Below are positions 60,658 to 64,000 of a DNA stretch of 64,000 bases, in pieces. Positions within the stretch are counted from its first letter, which is position 1. Each line of letters opens with the position of its first letter. A program made the translations under genes and the position numbers. A model generated the notes under the pieces. That model worked only from the letters and a program-made list of their open reading frames with translations, ran no database searches and had not been told where the DNA came from. This DNA comes from Candidatus Limnocylindria bacterium (GTDB lineage: Bacteria; Desulfobacterota; Binatia; DP-6), in the NCBI GenBank assembly GCA_035559675.1, contig DATMAZ010000224.1, positions 670-64,669 of the forward strand, written 5' to 3'.

Positions 60658-63330
60658 TCAGCTCGCCGCCTGCGCGGTTTGGATGTGCTGGCGGCGGTGG
60701 CCGCGGGCTGCTTCGCGCATGATGAACTTTGGCCGCACGAGCGCGATCAGCACCGGCATCAGCGTTTCCGCCGCGACGAAGCTCACCATCATCCACACCG
60801 CGAGAAAGCCGCCCATTACCGCGTTGAAGCGAATATTCGAGAGCATCCAGAGCGCGGTGCTGAACACCATGCAGACCGCGGTGAAACTCACCGCCTTCCC
60901 GGACGTGCAGAGCGCCTCACGAATCGCCTGATCGAGATCGCCCGAAATGCGGATCTCCTCGATAACGCGGCTCACGATGTAGAGGCCGTAGTCGATACCG
61001 AAGCCGACGCCGACGGTGACGAGCGGCAGCGTGTTGATATTGATGCCGATCCCGAGGGTGGCCATGAGGCCGTTCACCAGGATGTTGGAGATGAAGAGCG
61101 GCGCCAGCAGCAGGAACCCGGCGATCGCCGAGCGGTAGGTGAAGAACACGATAACGAACATCGTGCCGAAGCCGAGCGCGTTCATCATGAGGTCGTTGCG
61201 CACCAACTCCTCGTTAGCCGCGGCCAGCACCCCGATGAGCCCGCCGGCCAGCTTGAACTCCGCCTTTTCCATCGGGTTCTCGGCAATGAACTCTTTGGCG
61301 CGAGCGATGATGCGCGCCACGTTGTCGCCCTGGTGGTTACGGCAGAAGAAGGTAACATGCGCGGTCTGGTAGTCCGGCGTCACGTACTTCGACGTCTCGG
61401 TCGGCGGCGAGTTCGCGAAGAACACGAAGAACGTCTGGCCGACGTCACGGGCCGTGTTCGGCACCACGCCCCATTTCGGCTCGAACTCGTGGAACACCTG
61501 GTTCACCGTGCGCAGGATGTCGGTGAGCGAGAAGCTGTAGCCGACGTCCGGGTCGCGCTCGAGGAAGCGCTGGAACTTCTCCATCGTGCGCAGCGCTTGC
61601 GGGTCCTTCATGGCGTCGCGGTCGTACCCCTCGGCCACCACGATGAGCGGCTCCACGCCGCCGAACTTCTCCTGGATGTGGGCGTGCGAGACGTTGTAGG
61701 GCGAATCCTCCCAGACCAGCGGCGAGGCCGAGGTCGGGTCGCCGACGATCAGCCCCCGCATCTGCAAGAGGCCGATCACCGTGACGACGCCCCAAAACGT
61801 CAGCGTCGCGGCCTTGCCGACCCGCGAAAGGTTCCAGTCGGTCACGCGGTTGATGAGCGCCCGGTACCAGCCCTTTTCACGCGCCTGCACGACCTCGGGA
61901 TCGGGCGCGCGCAGATAGTAGTAGACGATGGGGTTCAGCAGCATCTCCGCGACGGTGATCGCGAGAATCCACCACGAGGCCACGATCGCCAGCTTCCGCA
62001 GCATGACGATCGGCACCAGCATGACGACCAGCACGCCGAAGGCGTCGGTCAGAATGCCCGAGAGCGTCGGGATAAAGAGCTCCGCGAAGGCCGCCACGAT
62101 GGCCGATTTTTGGTCCCATTTGTGGCGTTCGAACTCTTCGTAGTAGCGGTCGTGCATCTGGATCGCGTGGCTCACCGCGCGCGCCGTGATGAGGAACGGC
62201 ATCACCAGGATCAACGGGTCGAGCGCGAACCCGATGAGGTGCACGAAGCCGAGGCCCCAGAAGGCGGCGATCACGCCGGTGAGCGTCGGCCGCAGCGAGC
62301 CGCGCCAGTCGTGGAAGTACATCCAGCGGAGGATCCACTCGAGGCAGTAGGTCAACGTGAAGATCAGGAAGACGTCGTTGGCGTAACTGTACACCCAGCC
62401 ATAGAGCCGCGGCTCACCGGCGACGTAAATGCGCATGTCGGGCGCGCGCTTGGTGAGCTCAACCGGCTGCTCCGCGCCGGCCCGCTTTACCGTGAGCGTG
62501 ACCCTGTCGCCCGGCTCGTGAGCCGCCATCACCAGCGCGAGCGCCGTCCGGTCGGCCACCGGTCGGCCGTCCACGGCCGTGATGATGTCGCCCGCCTTCA
62601 GCCCGGCCTCGGCGGCGGCCGTGTCGGGATAGACCACCTCGATCTCGGCCGGCTGGATCTCGTCCTTCTTGAGGACGTTGCGCCCCTTCACGAGGGCGCC
62701 GATCCAGCCGCCCTCGAACGGCGCGATCACGTTCTCGTTGATTTCGGTGAACGTCCGGCGGTGGTCGAGGCGGCCCTCAATGAAGTTGGCGCGGATCAGC
62801 GCGGCGCGATCGTCGAGCGAGACGAGGATGCCGTAGATGCTTTCGGTGTTGTGAACGATGCGGCGGATCGCCGCCGCGTCCTTGGGGGTCTTGGGCAGCC
62901 CCACCATGACCGGCTCGGCCCGGAGAAAACCGCCCGAGAGCGCCTTCAGGTAGCGCGTGGTGCGGTGGCCGATCGAATCGATCTGGTTGTGGTTCACGCC
63001 ATAGACCTGATCCACGGCCTCCGTCATCCGGTAGATCCGGGCCAGCGTCTCGACCGTGAAGATGTTCCCCTGCTCGACCTCCACCATGATCTGCACGTTG
63101 TTCGCACCGCCGAACGTCGGCGCGTACTTGTTGTGCACCGCGACGAAGGGGTGGCTCTGAGGCAGCAGGTCGCCGAAGCTCGTCTCGAGCTTCAGCTGGA
63201 AGCTCCAGTAGGCGAACATCGCCGTCACCAGCAGCACGAGGATCGACACCGGGTGGCGGTACTGGATCAGCTTTTCGCCGAGCCAATAGAGGGCTTGCTT
63301 GTCCTGGGCGCTCGTCTCACCGGCACTCAT
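60658..63330 (-). CDS. RND-superfamily (MMPL/HpnN-like) exporter with a PDZ domain embedded in the first periplasmic loop
   Basis: 12 TM helices in 1+5/1+5 topology with two large periplasmic loops. PDZ-like segment VVYPDTAAAEAGLKAGDIITAVDGRPV...DRVTLTVKRAG at about 62440-62650. GC about 60%. Confidence 0.75.
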   Translation of the reverse strand: MSAGETSAQDKQALYWLGEKLIQYRHPVSILVLLVTAMFAYWSFQLKLETSFGDLLPQSHPFVAVHNKYAPTFGGANNVQIMVEVEQGNIFTVETLARIYRMTEAVDQVYGVNHNQIDSIGHRTTRYLKALSGGFLRAEPVMVGLPKTPKDAAAIRRIVHNTESIYGILVSLDDRAALIRANFIEGRLDHRRTFTEINENVIAPFEGGWIGALVKGRNVLKKDEIQPAEIEVVYPDTAAAEAGLKAGDIITAVDGRPVADRTALALVMAAHEPGDRVTLTVKRAGAEQPVELTKRAPDMRIYVAGEPRLYGWVYSYANDVFLIFTLTYCLEWILRWMYFHDWRGSLRPTLTGVIAAFWGLGFVHLIGFALDPLILVMPFLITARAVSHAIQMHDRYYEEFERHKWDQKSAIVAAFAELFIPTLSGILTDAFGVLVVMLVPIVMLRKLAIVASWWILAITVAEMLLNPIVYYYLRAPDPEVVQAREKGWYRALINRVTDWNLSRVGKAATLTFWGVVTVIGLLQMRGLIVGDPTSASPLVWEDSPYNVSHAHIQEKFGGVEPLIVVAEGYDRDAMKDPQALRTMEKFQRFLERDPDVGYSFSLTDILRTVNQVFHEFEPKWGVVPNTARDVGQTFFVFFANSPPTETSKYVTPDYQTAHVTFFCRNHQGDNVARIIARAKEFIAENPMEKAEFKLAGGLIGVLAAANEELVRNDLMMNALGFGTMFVIVFFTYRSAIAGFLLLAPLFISNILVNGLMATLGIGININTLPLVTVGVGFGIDYGLYIVSRVIEEIRISGDLDQAIREALCTSGKAVSFTAVCMVFSTALWMLSNIRFNAVMGGFLAVWMMVSFVAAETLMPVLIALVRPKFIMREAARGHRRQHIQTAQAAS

Positions 63331-63348
63331 GGGAGTCTCCTGAGCCTT

Positions 63349-64000
63349 TCACCCTTGCGAAGGCAGCCACGTCTTGCCGCCGTCGGTCGTCCGGAAGATG
63401 AGGCCGAAGCCTCCGACCATCCAGCCGTGTTGCTGATCGGAGAAATCGAGCGCACGCAGCCAGGTGAGCACGTCCTGACCGATGTTCGCCCGCTTCCAGC
63501 TCGCAGCGCCCGCTTCCTTCCGGAAGATCTCGCCTGCGGCGCCGACCGCCCATCCCGAGCCGTCCGGAAACTCTTCCAGGTCGAAGAGAGGGTCTTGCAT
63601 CTTGATCTCGCCGACGTCGAGCGGATCGTAGCTCCAGTCCACGCCGCCGTTGGTGGTGCGCGCGATGTGCCCCTCGATGCCGGCCGCGAGCACCTGCTGC
63701 GGATCCTTGACGAACAGCCCGAACAGGCTCGGCAGGTCGAGCGGGTCGAAGTACCCCGACTTCTCGAGCAAGCTCCGATTCTGCTCGGTCCAGGTGGCGC
63801 CGCCGTCCTCGGTGTAGAAAATCTTGCCGAACTCGCCGACCACCCAGCCGCGGTTCGGATCGACGAAGCGGACGTCGTAGAGCACGGGATCGGCCGCGGC
63901 AAGCTCCTCCTCGGCCGTGCCGTCCCCGGGCGCTTTCACCTTCTGGTAGGTCCAGGTGGCGCCGCCGTCGCGGGTCGAAACCAGGGTCGAGCGGTCGCCC
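63349..64000 (-). CDS. Ycf48/BNR-repeat beta-propeller protein; partial, 5' end lies beyond the window
   Basis: Repeated TxDGGxTW motifs (TEDGGATW, TTNGGVDW, TTDGGKTW). Confidence 0.65.
   Translation of the reverse strand, partial: GDRSTLVSTRDGGATWTYQKVKAPGDGTAEEELAAADPVLYDVRFVDPNRGWVVGEFGKIFYTEDGGATWTEQNRSLLEKSGYFDPLDLPSLFGLFVKDPQQVLAAGIEGHIARTTNGGVDWSYDPLDVGEIKMQDPLFDLEEFPDGSGWAVGAAGEIFRKEAGAASWKRANIGQDVLTWLRALDFSDQQHGWMVGGFGLIFRTTDGGKTWLPSQG

Overview
This window is a ~70% GC, gene-dense bacterial chromosomal segment. Myxococcus-type cysteine-rich repeats (CGNGxxExGExCDDGN), a PSCyt-like lipoprotein and several multi-domain lipoproteins suggest a Myxococcota-like organism.

Real genes show strong GC3 bias. 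Most long Arg/Ala/Pro-rich ORFs in alternate frames or on the opposite strand of real genes are high-GC artefacts and are not called.

Housekeeping and metabolic content:
- a PAS histidine kinase plus sigma-54 NtrC-type regulator pair, and a hybrid histidine kinase;
- feoAB, a TPP enzyme of the acetolactate-synthase family, a lipase-maturation-factor family membrane protein;
- a fused CoA-transferase, Rieske oxygenase, glutamate dehydrogenase, a POT-family transporter;
- a sulfatase, a zinc metalloprotease, a PQQ-type sugar dehydrogenase, a WS/DGAT acyltransferase, acs and cysS.

Most notable observations:
1. A UGSC-family selenoprotein candidate at 45620-46165. It has a single in-frame TGA at 45914-45916 giving the residues G-T-U-G-S-C, and a perfect 8-bp GUG-loop hairpin 12 nt downstream in the position of a bacterial SECIS element.
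2. A tRNA-Arg(TCG) at 38108-38181 (minus strand) whose 5' half (39 bp) is directly repeated at 41274-41312. The repeats bound a 3.1-kb integrase-less islet carrying a Panacea/DUF4065 antitoxin-like gene and a translationally coupled cluster of small secreted, lipoprotein and DnaJ-type zinc-finger proteins. On the other side of the tRNA lies an atypically low-GC (~60%) FMO-like oxidoreductase with a membrane domain.
3. A ~11-kb co-directional minus-strand locus (52828-64000, with one 260-nt gap at 53780-54041). It combines a beta-oxidation-like cassette (ACAD, two hotdog hydratase halves, an SDR, an ACP-fusion protein) with a GldA/F/G-like ABC system, DUF4340, an RND/MMPL transporter carrying an embedded PDZ domain, and a Ycf48-like beta-propeller. 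This may be an undescribed bulky-lipid (sterol/hopanoid-like?) processing and export system.
4. Gene decay: an internally deleted class-III aminotransferase remnant (31440-31922), a frameshifted secreted-protein gene (26451-26953), and possible compensating frameshifts in the hypothetical gene at 50897-52432.
5. Domain-architecture oddities: a C13 peptidase-PDZ-thioredoxin lipoprotein; a PSCyt-like lipoprotein with C-x4-CH next to an outer-membrane protein (OMP)-like protein with CXXCH; and a ~100-aa Cys/Arg-rich module shared by three secreted proteins.

No CRISPR array, integrase, transposase or rRNA was seen.
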